Positions 50,101 to 61,400 of a stretch of DNA of 64,000 nucleotides are shown in pieces (position 1 is the stretch's first letter; each line of letters begins with the position of its first letter). The notes under the pieces are model-generated. The model did not search any database. It worked only from the letters and a program-made list of their open reading frames with translations, and was not told where the DNA came from. The position numbers and the translations under genes were made by a program. Origin of the DNA: Strigamia acuminata (lineage: Eukaryota); the NCBI GenBank assembly GCA_949358305.1, contig OX442314.1:8494001-8558000 (forward strand). The letters are read 5' to 3'.

Positions 50101-51562
50101 TCCAGGGTGAAAACGGCAATTAGCCGTTATGATGCAATATGGTGCAATAATCCTTTGTTGCACCAGTTTTAGCTAATTGCGCAGATTATCTGCGCAATAT
50201 TGAAGCGTGCCGGGCTCACGCCCTAGCTTCAATCGGGACTCTAATTCTAACATCACAAACCTCAACATCACTGCTTGTTCGCTCCAGAAAAGTATTGACA
50301 GAAGACCGTGATTGGACTTAGTTTCACCTGCTACCTTTGCGCACCAACGCACAAAGCCAGCAATTCAGCTTAAATTAGCCGACACTAATTTCAGCTATCG
50401 AGAAGTAGAAGTTCCCGCGCTCATCGTGAACCATCGCCGTCGCAAGTGCGCGAACACTTGCTGAAGCCATCGTACGCTGACCGGACGCCTGTAGCCGTGA
50501 ACCACCGCCGCCGAGCCGTCGTACGAGTTACAGAAGGACCCACGAGAACCATCGTCGCCAGGACCATCGTTCGTGAGTCGTTTCGTGAAGATTTCCGTCT
50601 TCGTAACAACGTGTAGTTGTCAAGCGCCATTTTGTCGCTTTTTATCATAATATTTCGTATAATTCCTAGTCATTTATTGTATTAAAACGAATAAATATAT
50701 TGTGTGATTTTTATCAAATAAACTGTGTTTTATTTTCCTACAAATTAACCCTAGATAATTTAAGGCTGCGATATAAGTCTTTTTAAGCATTCACCTGCGG
50801 TTTCCACTTGATTTATTAGAAATTAAGTGTGATAAAACCCGGATTGCAGCAACACCAAAATAAAATCACACAAATAAGATCGATTTTTGCTAATAAAAAG
50901 TCAACCGTTAATCCGATCGAAAAGTTATTAACACAGGAAACTTTGTTTAAACATTCTAATCGGTCCTTTTTTCAAAATATTGGGTTTTTTCTTGGTTGAA
51001 TCCAAATTTTGCATGAATTTCCTATTCATTCACCCGCTAAAATCGCCCGAATCGGTACTTTTTTACGACCGAATCGCAATAGAAAAATACACGCTTGAGT
51101 GGAATTGTCCGCTCTACAAAATGAGCTTGGTTTAAGAATTTTTGGACCTCATTTCGATACAGTAAACATCAACAGACGTATCGCAACGAAGATTTCAGCA
51201 TCCATTGTAGCAAACGGTATCCGCCAGGTGGCGCTCCGGTTTGTCATTTTCATATTACAAACTGCTTCCGGAATTGACCCGGAAGTTCGGACAGACAGAC
51301 ATGACCGTTTTAATACACTTTCTAAACATCAGGTTTAGAAGTCTAAAATTATACATTACGCTTTCTGTAATTAAATCTTTATATTACCTGAGGGTTCAAC
51401 GAGCAGATCCCACGCATTTCCAATGATTGGCCACGTTGGAGGTCCTGATATTTTATTTAATACTGACCAATATTTAATTCTGATGATGTAATAGCGTGAA
51501 AACAAAGCTATCACTACAGCAATTACTGTTCCCCATACCAGTTCTGTTGATAAGCTATACAT
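47108..51562 (-). CDS. Cytochrome P450, CYP4 clan, multi-exon
   Basis: N-terminal TM followed by [55 protein letters not shown] and heme motif [11 protein letters not shown]. One intron (48063-48132) has a non-GT donor, so functionality is uncertain. Confidence 0.9.
47538..47966. mobile_element. MITE in a CYP4 intron
   Basis: TIRs CTAGGACGATTTACTACAGGACTTC / GAAGTCCTGTAGTAAATCGTCCTAG. Confidence 0.75.
48771..49174. mobile_element. MITE in a CYP4 intron (TA/TATA flanks)
   Basis: TIRs CTCTGGCTCATCGTAAGAGGGGG / CCCCCTCTTACGATGAGCCAGAG. Confidence 0.8.
50029..50854. mobile_element. Possible solo LTR nested in another repeat (about 49891-51345) in CYP4 intron 1
   Basis: TGTGGCAC...GCAACA ends, GC-rich core and AATAAA, but no matching TSD found. 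The host repeat has TAGACTTCTAAA / TTTAGAAGTCTA ends and GTCY microsatellites. Confidence 0.3.
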
Positions 51563-53064
51563 TGCATCCAAATGTCGAAAATATGGTGAATGGTTTCGAA
51601 AATCGTCAAATTGAAAAATAGGTCGAGTCTATTATACTGTGTGTGTGGATAAAACAAGTAATAAAATTTCAAGTTTTAAAAATATTTAAAATAAAAAATT
51701 AAACTAAATTTATTTCCTTTCTGTTAAGCCTACTGTATAACTCTAATGCGGCAATGTGAATTATGCTGGTATTAATTTGACATAAAATGGAAAACCAACC
51801 AATATATTTTTTTATTAAAGGCTTTTATTTAACTTGACTTGAACATTTGTGTTTCAACTTCCGGCTTGTTTCAACTTCCGGTTTATGTAATGTGGAAAAA
51901 AACGAATTAAAAGAGTAATTATAAGATTGGACAGTAGACTTTTCTGATGTAGTTTTTGGTCTAATTTCCAAAAAATATCACAAAATTAAGATTAAATGTA
52001 GTTCAAAGGTAGAAAATGCTGATTTACGGCGAAATTTAATTAAATCGGAGCGCCACCTGGCGGAACCCGTGTCCTTTAATGGATGCCAAAATGTTTGCCC
52101 AATAAAAATTTTGATGTTTTTGGTACAAAAAAAGGATTTAAAAAGTCTGAAACCTGACTTATTCGATTGGAAATTGCATTCTACACAAGCCTGTGTGTTT
52201 TTTTTCAATGTGGTTATGATATTGCTTGAAAAGCATTAAATCTGCACGACATAGCAAATGGTGATGTGTCATTTGTTACAAGTACACGTGAACTGAGCTC
52301 CGCTCATTCACGTCACATGTATAAACACTCATACATGGTGGCACAATCTGGTGCCCAATTATAAAAAAATCATTAGTCACATCATTATATCATTACAGCT
52401 GTAAAAAAAAAGTACGTTTTTACGATCGTAGCCAGCTACTGAATTTTAATTCGACCATAAAAAACCAAAAATATAAAAAAAGAACTGATTGGAATGTTTA
52501 AACAAAGTTTCCTATGTAGATTATGTCGCTGAAAACGATGGTGCTAATAACTTTTCGATCGGACTAACGGTTGACTTTTAATTTGAAAAAACCGATCTTA
52601 TTTGTGTAATTTTATATATAAAAAAAAGAATGAAGAAAGTGGTTGGATAAAAAACAAAGAGAAAACAGCGATTTTCCATAGGGATACAGCAGAGATACAG
52701 CATAAAAGCCTTTTTCCTAAAACGTAGTTTTTTGTTTTACTTGTTTAAATAATAAATAATAAAAACCACAAATAGATTTTAATTTTTCTTTTTTAATTCA
52801 TTCCTGGTGGCAAATGCTTGCAAATTGCTTATTGACTTAACTGTGGCACTATAATGCCGAACAAGTGATTTTGTTGCCGAAAAATTATCAAAAATAAATT
52901 TCCTGTACACGGGCCCATTCTGACAAAATTACGTATGATGATCTTCTCGACTAAACCACAATGATGTCACATCTATGCGCACGTGCGATACAGTTTGAGC
53001 CATCTGTTGGCGTAAAAAGCAACTTGCCATTACTCTCGCAGTTATACTGTTTTGATTACAGCAG

Positions 53065-53131
53065 GTTTCAGACGAGTTGGACAAGGTTAAACAAGAGATA
53101 GAGAAGCGCGGATCGAGCATGACCGACGGAA
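53065..53131 (+). pseudogene. IFT57: Isolated IFT57 (HIPPI)-like exon
   Basis: cag|VSDELDKVKQEIEKRGSSMTDG|gtgagt matches the conserved IFT57 C-terminal segment (ELEKVKQEMEEKGSSMTDG) as recalled. No other IFT57 exons were recognised in the window. Confidence 0.7.
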
Positions 53132-53342
53132 GTGAGTGCTAGAATGTTTTTATTCAAGTTTGCTTACTTTATTTCATTTTTTCAACGTTTTTATTTCATT
53201 TGTTCATTTGAATGTTTTCTTTGATTTTAAATATGTTTTCCCTATGAATAATACTGGATGAAAACGAATAAAAATAAATAATAAAGCAAAACGAATAAAA
53301 CTGAATAAGAACGACTAAAAATGAATAAAAGCCGGCATTAAC

Positions 53343-53736
53343 CGTCGAAATTGAACTGCAGCAAATCCTTTCACTTGCCGAGAAGAACACATTGGTAATA
53401 TGCGCGCCACATTTCGGCACCACCGCCGAGGTCGTAACCGTGCGTTTGATCCCGTTTGATCTGGGTACAAACTCCGACCAATCGAAACATATCTGCAAAT
53501 ATTGAAATGAAAAGAAAATCTTTGATTAAGTCGGTTAAGTCGTCTACTTGAGGAACGGCAAATGTCTCAATACGCACGATGTCCAAAACTTGAACCTCGT
53601 GTTGCGGGACGTGTCTTATTTGGCTTTTTAGAAATCTTTCTAAATCTTTCAACGAAATTTCGTCCAATTTCTTGATTCCCACTGCAGATGTCCTTTCTTT
53701 CTCGTTTTCTTTAGCCATGTTGATATTAAACAACAT
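53343..53736 (-). pseudogene. Argonaute fragment (end of N domain plus linker 1/DUF1785)
   Basis: VGIKKLDEISLKDLERFL...VPQHEVQVLDIV and DLGGGAEMWRAYYQCV...K*KDLLQFNFD parallel AGO-clade VSIKWVSCVSLQAL...VPFETIQALDVV and PLGGGREVWFGFHQSV...WKMMLNID. In-frame TGA at 53371-53373; no PAZ or PIWI domain nearby. Confidence 0.7.
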
Positions 53737-54416
53737 CTGCAATATTGACACGCATAAAAATAAAAAGAAAAATCAAGTAAAAAGCAAAATTAATGCAAAA
53801 TATCGAATAAAACACGAAATAAACGTAAAAAAATCAAATAAGGACGTCCTAGATCCAGACACGAGGGAGCAATGCGCAAAAAATGAGCCAATGAAAAAGC
53901 GTGTCAGCAAGGTACCACACGCTTTTTTCGACCAATCACATCAAACTGATCAAGTGGCACTTTCGGTACTCATCGTCTGGCTCATTCTGTGCGCATCTCA
54001 CGGAAAATGGCGAACAAGGCAAAAATATGTAAGGTGATAATCTGATAAATTGAAAAATAGACGTTTTAGACGTTTTATATATAAATATTTTTTAGTGATT
54101 CCAGTTAAATCGTCAACTGTGAGGTTTGCAAATATGGCTGGCTGCGAATCAGCCATCAAAGTATGATACATTTTAAATTTTAAATTTTTTGACCATGAAA
54201 TTATTGTGTTTTATTTATGACGTTTTCTTAATTTCAGCACGTCAAAATGCTAATTACCCGCTTAATAGACCCAGATTTCAGAGTTTGGAAACACAAGCAA
54301 TCCAATACTAATAACGAAAAACGGGATTGATTTGTGGAATTTTCTGATTTTGAGGTATTTTATTTGTATAGAAATGAATTTATTTTGTGAAATTTATTTC
54401 CAAATTTTTTTTTTAG

Positions 54417-55339
54417 ACGGCTTTGGAAAGTGCAGTGCCATCGTTGACATGTGAAGGGTTTAGCAAGGTGTCGAATGTGACCTGGGATGACATGGGCAGG
54501 GTTCAAATTTGCGCGAATCAAATTTGCGCGACCCGAATTTGCGCGACCCGGTAAAAAAAATCCCAAGTTCGCGCAAATCAAATTTGCGCGATTCAAATTT
54601 GCGCGATTCAAATTTGCGCAGACCCAAATTTGCGCCGACCCAAATTTGCGCCGACCCAAATTTGCGCGAATTCGTTTGTTGCGAACGTGCGTGTGCAGGC
54701 GTGTTTCGTGCGTCGAACGTACGTGTGCGGGCGTCGGCGTAGAACGAGCGTGTGCGGGCGGCAACTTGCGTGTGCGGGCGTCGGCTTAGAACGTGCGGGC
54801 GTCGGCTTAGAACTTGCGGGCGTCGGCTTAGAACTTGCGTGTGCGGGCGTCGGCGTCGAACGAGCGTGTGCGTGCGCAGGCGAGCGTGTGGTGCTTGTGC
54901 GTGAATTTTTTAACTTCAACTAGTTATTTTTACAAAATTGAAGAAAACAATGGTAAGGAAGGACTCCCATTGGTGAGAGATAAACAAATTCAAAGAACTC
55001 AGAATTTGTGGGTCACAACAGGTCAGGCTCCTGCCGACCTATGACGCAAAGAGGCGGCCGCCTCTTGGTCTCATGGGTCGGCATGGCCCTGCAACAGGTG
55101 ATGGCCAGATGTGACAAATTTGCGCAAATTTGGACCGGCGCAAATTTGGGTCGGCGCAAATTTGGACCGGCGCAAATCTGGGTCGGCGCAAATTTGGTCC
55201 GGCGCAAATTTGGTCCACTTTGCGCCAATTTGAGTCTGCGCAAATTTGAGCCAAAATAAACACTGCGCAAATTTGGTGCTGGTCGGATGACATCGGGGTG
55301 TTGAAAGAAGTTAAGGAAGTACTGCGCTTGTGGATTTCG
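54417..55339 (+). pseudogene. Diverged inverted copy of NVL exon 43607-43729, interrupted by a transposon
   Basis: ag|TALESAVPSLTCEGFSKVSNVTWDDI[insertion]GVLKEVKEVLRLWIS|gt. Confidence 0.8.
54494..55284. mobile_element. Non-autonomous Mutator-like/foldback element
   Basis: 9-bp TSD GGATGACAT (54485-54493 and 55285-55293); imperfect G-initial TIRs; arms of inverted (CAAATTTGCGC)n sub-repeats; internal GC-rich tandem repeats. Confidence 0.8.
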
Positions 55340-55449
55340 GTAATTGAATGAACTGCGATGAATTGAATTGTTAATTTTATTTTTTTTAATTTATTAAGAA
55401 ATGAATTTTTTTTGTGATTTTTGTTTGATTAATTTTTCTTCTTACAAGT

Positions 55450-58400
55450 TGTAATGAGCTCAAATTTCACTATAAAATAATAGTGAAATTTCTTTCTCAT
55501 TGGTGCCGCATCGGGACTTATCAAAATTCTACTAAAACTCAACTCTAAAATCTTAACTGACTAATCAAAGAAGAAATAATCAGTAATTAGTTCTTAAATA
55601 AAGGAAAAAGATTTATTCTTGGCTTGAATAAACTAATAGTAAAATACAATTAAATAATAGGAATTAAAGGTAAAAGTAATAATAATTGAAGGTGAAATGG
55701 CGAAAATAATACAAAATAGCGGCGATGGCTTGTCGCTCGCTCTCGAACTTCGTTCTTCACTCGACGCTCGCTCTCGAACCTCGTTCTTCACTCGACGCTC
55801 GCTCTCGGACCTCGATACTCGCTCTCGGACCTCAATGCCCGCTCCAAACTTCAAAACGGCGTCCAAACTTCACTCTTTACTCACGATGTTCATTCCTGGT
55901 TAAACCGGACAAATTTCCGAATTCTTGGTGACTTGAACTCGGACACAATTCCGTTTCTTCTCTCTCAAAACTCGCAACAGATTCGGACACAATTCCAACT
56001 CTTCTTCCTTGATGACTCCGTGGTTGCGGCAAATTCCGCTTTATGTTGACTGGGACAAATTTCCCAATGAGGATTTCTCATCCAAACAATGGCTGCTTGG
56101 CAAGAATGATGATCTCTCCAAACAATGGCTGCTTGGCAAGATGAAAATCCCACTGATGAATATGCTCAATTAGCAAGATAAATTTCCCACTACTGGATGT
56201 ACACAGTAGCAAGAACTCCCACAATAACTTTATGTTATTGTAAGAAATGAGTCTCAATACTCAAGAACATCTCAAAACTGCTTTAGCAATTTGCAAGAAG
56301 GAGTCTAAATACTCAGGCAATCTTTCACCAAATCCACTTGAAGAATTGTATTTTCCCAGGGTAGATTTTGTGACTTGTTGCTCTCAAAGTTGATTTTTGA
56401 CTGAAGATTTTTCCTCATTCTCTGCAGGAAGCATTTCCTGTTACAGGAAGCTTATGGGCTGGTTGCCCTGGCAACCACCCTCATGTCTTCAAGTTATGCC
56501 AGACTTCCTGTTCAGGCATAAAAAATAAACTCAAATAAAAATATGAAATATATAAAATATTTCCAGACACATTTCTGTTCTTCATCTAGTGACCACTAGG
56601 GTCACTACACTTCCCCCCTTTTTGGGTAGTTAGTTCCTAACTTCTCTAAACTTCATCGTCGTATCCCGAGGCGAAATCCTTGATGGGGTTTCAGACTCGG
56701 AGACCGAAAACTTCAGGTTGTCTTGGGATTTCGTTGGATCATTCCTTGTCGTAACCGATTGATTCTGTCCAGCGATTACAGATGGTGTCCCGCTCCCAGG
56801 ACTGAAATCCTGCCATCCGCTTCTTCCGGCAGCTTCCTTCAAGTGACCGGTCCAGTTGGCTCGAACAGGCAATTGATCTTCAGTTGTGTGTTCAAATGAT
56901 CTGGAACAGGCATCTTGCAAAACTTTGCCTGAGTCATCTTGGTCATTCTGAGTTGCAAGATTCATCACTTGTGTTGTCACTGCTGATTGTTGTTGCACCG
57001 CTGATGCATTTGTGGCTTCAAAATTAAATGGCTTTTGGCTTTCGATTGTTGTGGTTTCATTCACTGCAATTTTCTCAATTCCGAGCCTTTGCTTCTGGAT
57101 TTCCGGTTGACTGTTCGGCAAATCTTCATGTTGAATTCTGAACTCCTCCAATAAAAAACTTGCAACTGGCTGTTTTCCTTCAGATGTACTCTTAATTGTA
57201 ACTGTAGTGGGCACTGTAGCTCTGCTGTCTGAATTGCTACAATCAGATTTTTTAACAGTATCTGAAAAATTAATCTTGGACTTATTTCCAATTGCAACTG
57301 CACTGACAATATGTTTCTGTAGGTCAGTTGATTCAGTGTAGTTTGCGTGACTAAGCTTCATTGCAGTTTTAACTTCACTGGACTCCATGAAGTGTTGATC
57401 AACTTGGATTATTTGATTTGGTTGCTTTTCCAATAAATTAATTTTTGAAATGTTTTCAGTTGTGATTGAGCTGGCAGCAAATTTTGGTAACTCAATTGAT
57501 TGAGTGTTGTGTTGCTTCAAGTCAATTCTCTGCAAAGTTTTTTCCAAAATTCTGTTTTCTTTTTCTGTTGGTCGTGGACCTTGTTTTTCAATTTGACCAA
57601 TTGATGTTAATACTTGGCAATCTTGATTTTCTGGTCGTTCTTTCAATCCTGTATTTGTATGCTGTTTACTGCAAAGCATCTTGTAATCATCTGTTTGTAG
57701 AGGTTTTTCATTTTCATGTTCACTCCTTGTATCTCCAGATGTTTGGATTGTTTCTACCAGTTTAACTTCAGACCTTTCCTCTAATTGAATCAATTGCTGT
57801 TTAGCTTGGATTCTTTTCTTTGGCAGCTTCTCCACTTTTTCTTTGGTGTCTTGAGTTTCATTTGCCAAATCCAGTCGCTGATAACAATTTTTGATCAAAA
57901 TTTTCACTTCCTGTAGGTCCTCAGAAGTTATATTTTCCAGTATGTTCTTCAGAGCCACGATGAAATATTTGGAGGGCCACTCTGAATTCTGCCGACATAA
58001 TTTCGGTGAAAACGTGGAATCTTGTAACATTGCATTATCTGTCAGTCGTTTGATCACTTTTCGAAGTTGTTTTCGAACAATTTTCGTTTCTCGAACCAGA
58101 CATTTATTTTCTGATTTTCTAGGATTCCTGGATGAATTTTGATTCTTTTTCTCTTTTTCCATCACTCTTCCCCCCTTTTTTGGAAATGGTTGAACTTGTT
58201 CATCAGTTTCAAAATCTACACTTTTTGGAAAAAGCAATGGATTTTCTTCTAAGTTTTCAAAAATCAAATTTTCTGTGTCCGATTCGATAATTTTTTCTGC
58301 AATCTGTGCATCATCTTGGTTCTTCTTATCATCAGAATTTTGTGTATCCTGTAGAGGTTGCGCATTTTTGTGAGCTTGCATTTTGTCCGATTTGGACGCA

Positions 58401-61400
58401 CTTTGTGTAATTCCTGTATTTTCAACAACCTGTGTGTCTTCTGCACGTTGTGTGTCGTCTGTACTGTGCACACTTTTTTCTTCTTGTTGTCTACCATCTA
58501 TGGCTGTTTTTTGATCACTCAAATTTTCAAAAGCAATTGCTCTTTGATGGTGACGATCATTTTCGTTTGGCCAGCCTTCCCTGCATGTGTCAACTTGTGT
58601 TTGATCAATTTCTCTGTTCGTTTTGGACACTCTGATGTCATCTGGTTCTAGAATGGTGTCACTTGTTGCAGGTTGATCATGACCCAATTGAACTTGATTG
58701 TTCGACTCACGTTGGAGGTTCTGCTGGTCCATGACATCAAATAACTTTTTCTTTGGCGACGTTACTGTTCGTTTATGTTTTCTACGATTTTCTGCATCGT
58801 CATTCCCTCGCTTTACTGAATTTCCTGCCGAATCTGCAGTTGTCTGTTCAACTTTCGACTGATGCATGACACTTGCTGTATTCCTAACTGGTGGACACTG
58901 TGACTGTGTCATGAACCGCAGCTCTTGTGAATATTGTTTTGCCTTTTTTGCGTCTTCCTGAGCTGGTGGAGATGCTTTACGACAAAATTCGTTATTAACA
59001 TGCAATGATGATTCCATTGTCTTCTCTTCTACGACGAGTGCTTGGTTAATGCTGTCAGTCTTTTCCATTTTTTCAGAAGGTGTTTTTTTTGCAAAATTAA
59101 TCGAAAATGTTTTCATTTCTAGAATTAAGCTTTTCCTCGATTCAGACATTGTTTCTGTTTCTTCACCAGATGTAGATAACCTTTTTAATGCCTTCTTGAC
59201 TGCATCCATTGCTACTGGCAATGACAATTTTTTGGCAACTTCAGAAAATCTTAAGTCCACTGGTGAGTTGTGTCTTTTCCTTGTGGTTACCTCAGCACTG
59301 GTCCCATATTTTAAAATTTTCTGGTCATCTCTGGATTGACGTTTCGTCTCTGCAGGACTGTCTCTAGTTTCGGTCTGTAAACGGCGACGTACTTCTTGTA
59401 ATTTAAGTCGGGTTGGCGAGCGTACTGCTGATAATGCCGTGCTGTCAACTGATTTTCTGGTCGAAGTCTTCTTATCCGCCTTTATTAAACAACCTCTTTC
59501 TTCGGTTATTTCGATTGGTTCTTCGAACAACAATTTCGTGAGATCGCTTTTGCTTCGTGGAATGGATTTTGCATTTTCAGATAATGAACGTACTGGAGAT
59601 GTGGTGCGCGATACGTAATGTCTTCGTGATTGTACTTTGTTGGCTTCGAATTTATTTTGTGTTTCGCGTATTTCAAGCTCCATTCTTATTTGCGCGAGTT
59701 TATTGTCCAATTTGGTTTCACGTTCCTTGCGCTCTTCCACAAGTAATTGTTCCTGTAGTTTTTGCTCTTCTAATCTGTAACATTCCCTCCGCTGATCTCG
59801 ATCATTCGCCGCAGCTATCCATGCAGCATATTCCTCGTGGGACATTGGTTCATTTATGTGGCAATAACATGCTTCATGCGTAATGTCTAGCATCCGGTCT
59901 TGTACTTCTCGCAGCTTGAGACGTGTTGGCGAAATTATTCTTTTCAACTGTGTCAAGTCGGTCCTGCAACTGGGTGAGAATCTTGCGCGATTTAGCAATA
60001 AACACTTTTGACATGTGGCACGTGGTACGCATTGTTTTGGTGATTGCACTGTTTGCATTGTTAAATCCACTGATTCCTGGGAACTCGAGGGAGATTTTGC
60101 TAGACTTTCATCCGTTTGTTTCAAGACGAATTCTTGTTCTTTTATTGCGTTTGCTGGTGAACCAAAGTTATACGACTCATTTCGATAAGAGTAACCATAC
60201 TCGTTTTGCTGACACGCTTTGTCTTTGAAATGTGATTCACTTTTCTGGCGGGCTTCGTCCTGATAACGCGACTCATTTCGCTGATTTGAGTCCTCGTTTG
60301 GACGTGAGTTGTTCTTAAAACGTGATTCACTTCTGTGACAAATTTCGTCATGATAATGCGACTCATTTCGCGGATCTGAATTTTCGCGTTGACGTGATTC
60401 GCAACAATAACGCGACTCGTTTCGTGAATGTGAGTCCTCTTGTTGACACTCTTTGTCACGGTAGTGCGACTCATTTCGCGACTGGAAGTCCTCGTATTGG
60501 CGGAAATCGTCTTTGAGCGAATGTTCTCGTGACGTAGAAGGACCATGTTCTTCTTTTCTTTGATTAACTTCGCTTCGACTATCAAGTCCCGAATCATTTC
60601 GGTTATCATATCGAATGTCGTATTTTGGTATATCCTGATCTCGTTGATCGCATCTTCTTTGATAGTTCTGTGGTGAAGAAGAATGACGCATTTCATTTTT
60701 ATCTCTTGATTGCCGTGTCTTATGGATTGTTAATGTACCACTTCTACTCTGGCTGGCTTGTAGTTGGTGGTCAGCCATCTTGATTGTAAAATCTTGGAAA
60801 AAATTTTCTTGATCCCGTTGAACAATCTTGGAATGTTTTCTGTCATCTGTGTTCTTAATGGCAATCGGAGACGACATATCTTCTGTGTGGTGTAACAATC
60901 CCAAATGTGGTGGCAAACTATATCTTTTCAATCGCAATGATGATTGTTGAACTTCCATGGTTGGTCTTTGTACTTGTTTCTTATGATGATCAGACATGAT
61001 GTTAATTTTTAGTAGATAGGATAATGAAGAAAGAAATAGTTTAACTTAGAAAAATATCTTCTAAACTCTGTTAACCATTTTCCCCCTTTTTTGTTTGAGA
61101 ACCAAAAAAAAAAAATTCACACCTATTCTTACTACAAATCAAAAAATAGAAGTTCCTCAATCTAATTAACCTATCACAAAACAATTTTCCAAACAAATTA
61201 GGTCCTTCAACTAAATAAAAGTTGTTAAGGTTCAAATCTTTCAGGCCCAGGCCCCCAAGTGTAATGAGCTCAAATTTCACTATAAAATAATAGTGAAATT
61301 TCTTTCTCATTGGTGCCGCATCGGGACTTATCAAAATTCTACTAAAACTCAACTCTAAAATCTTAACTGACTAATCAAAGAAGAAATAATCACTAATTAG

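Noticed and set aside
54360..55293. Several overlapping ORFs with KFAR/ANL repeats
   Set aside because: Produced by the sub-terminal repeats of the foldback element.
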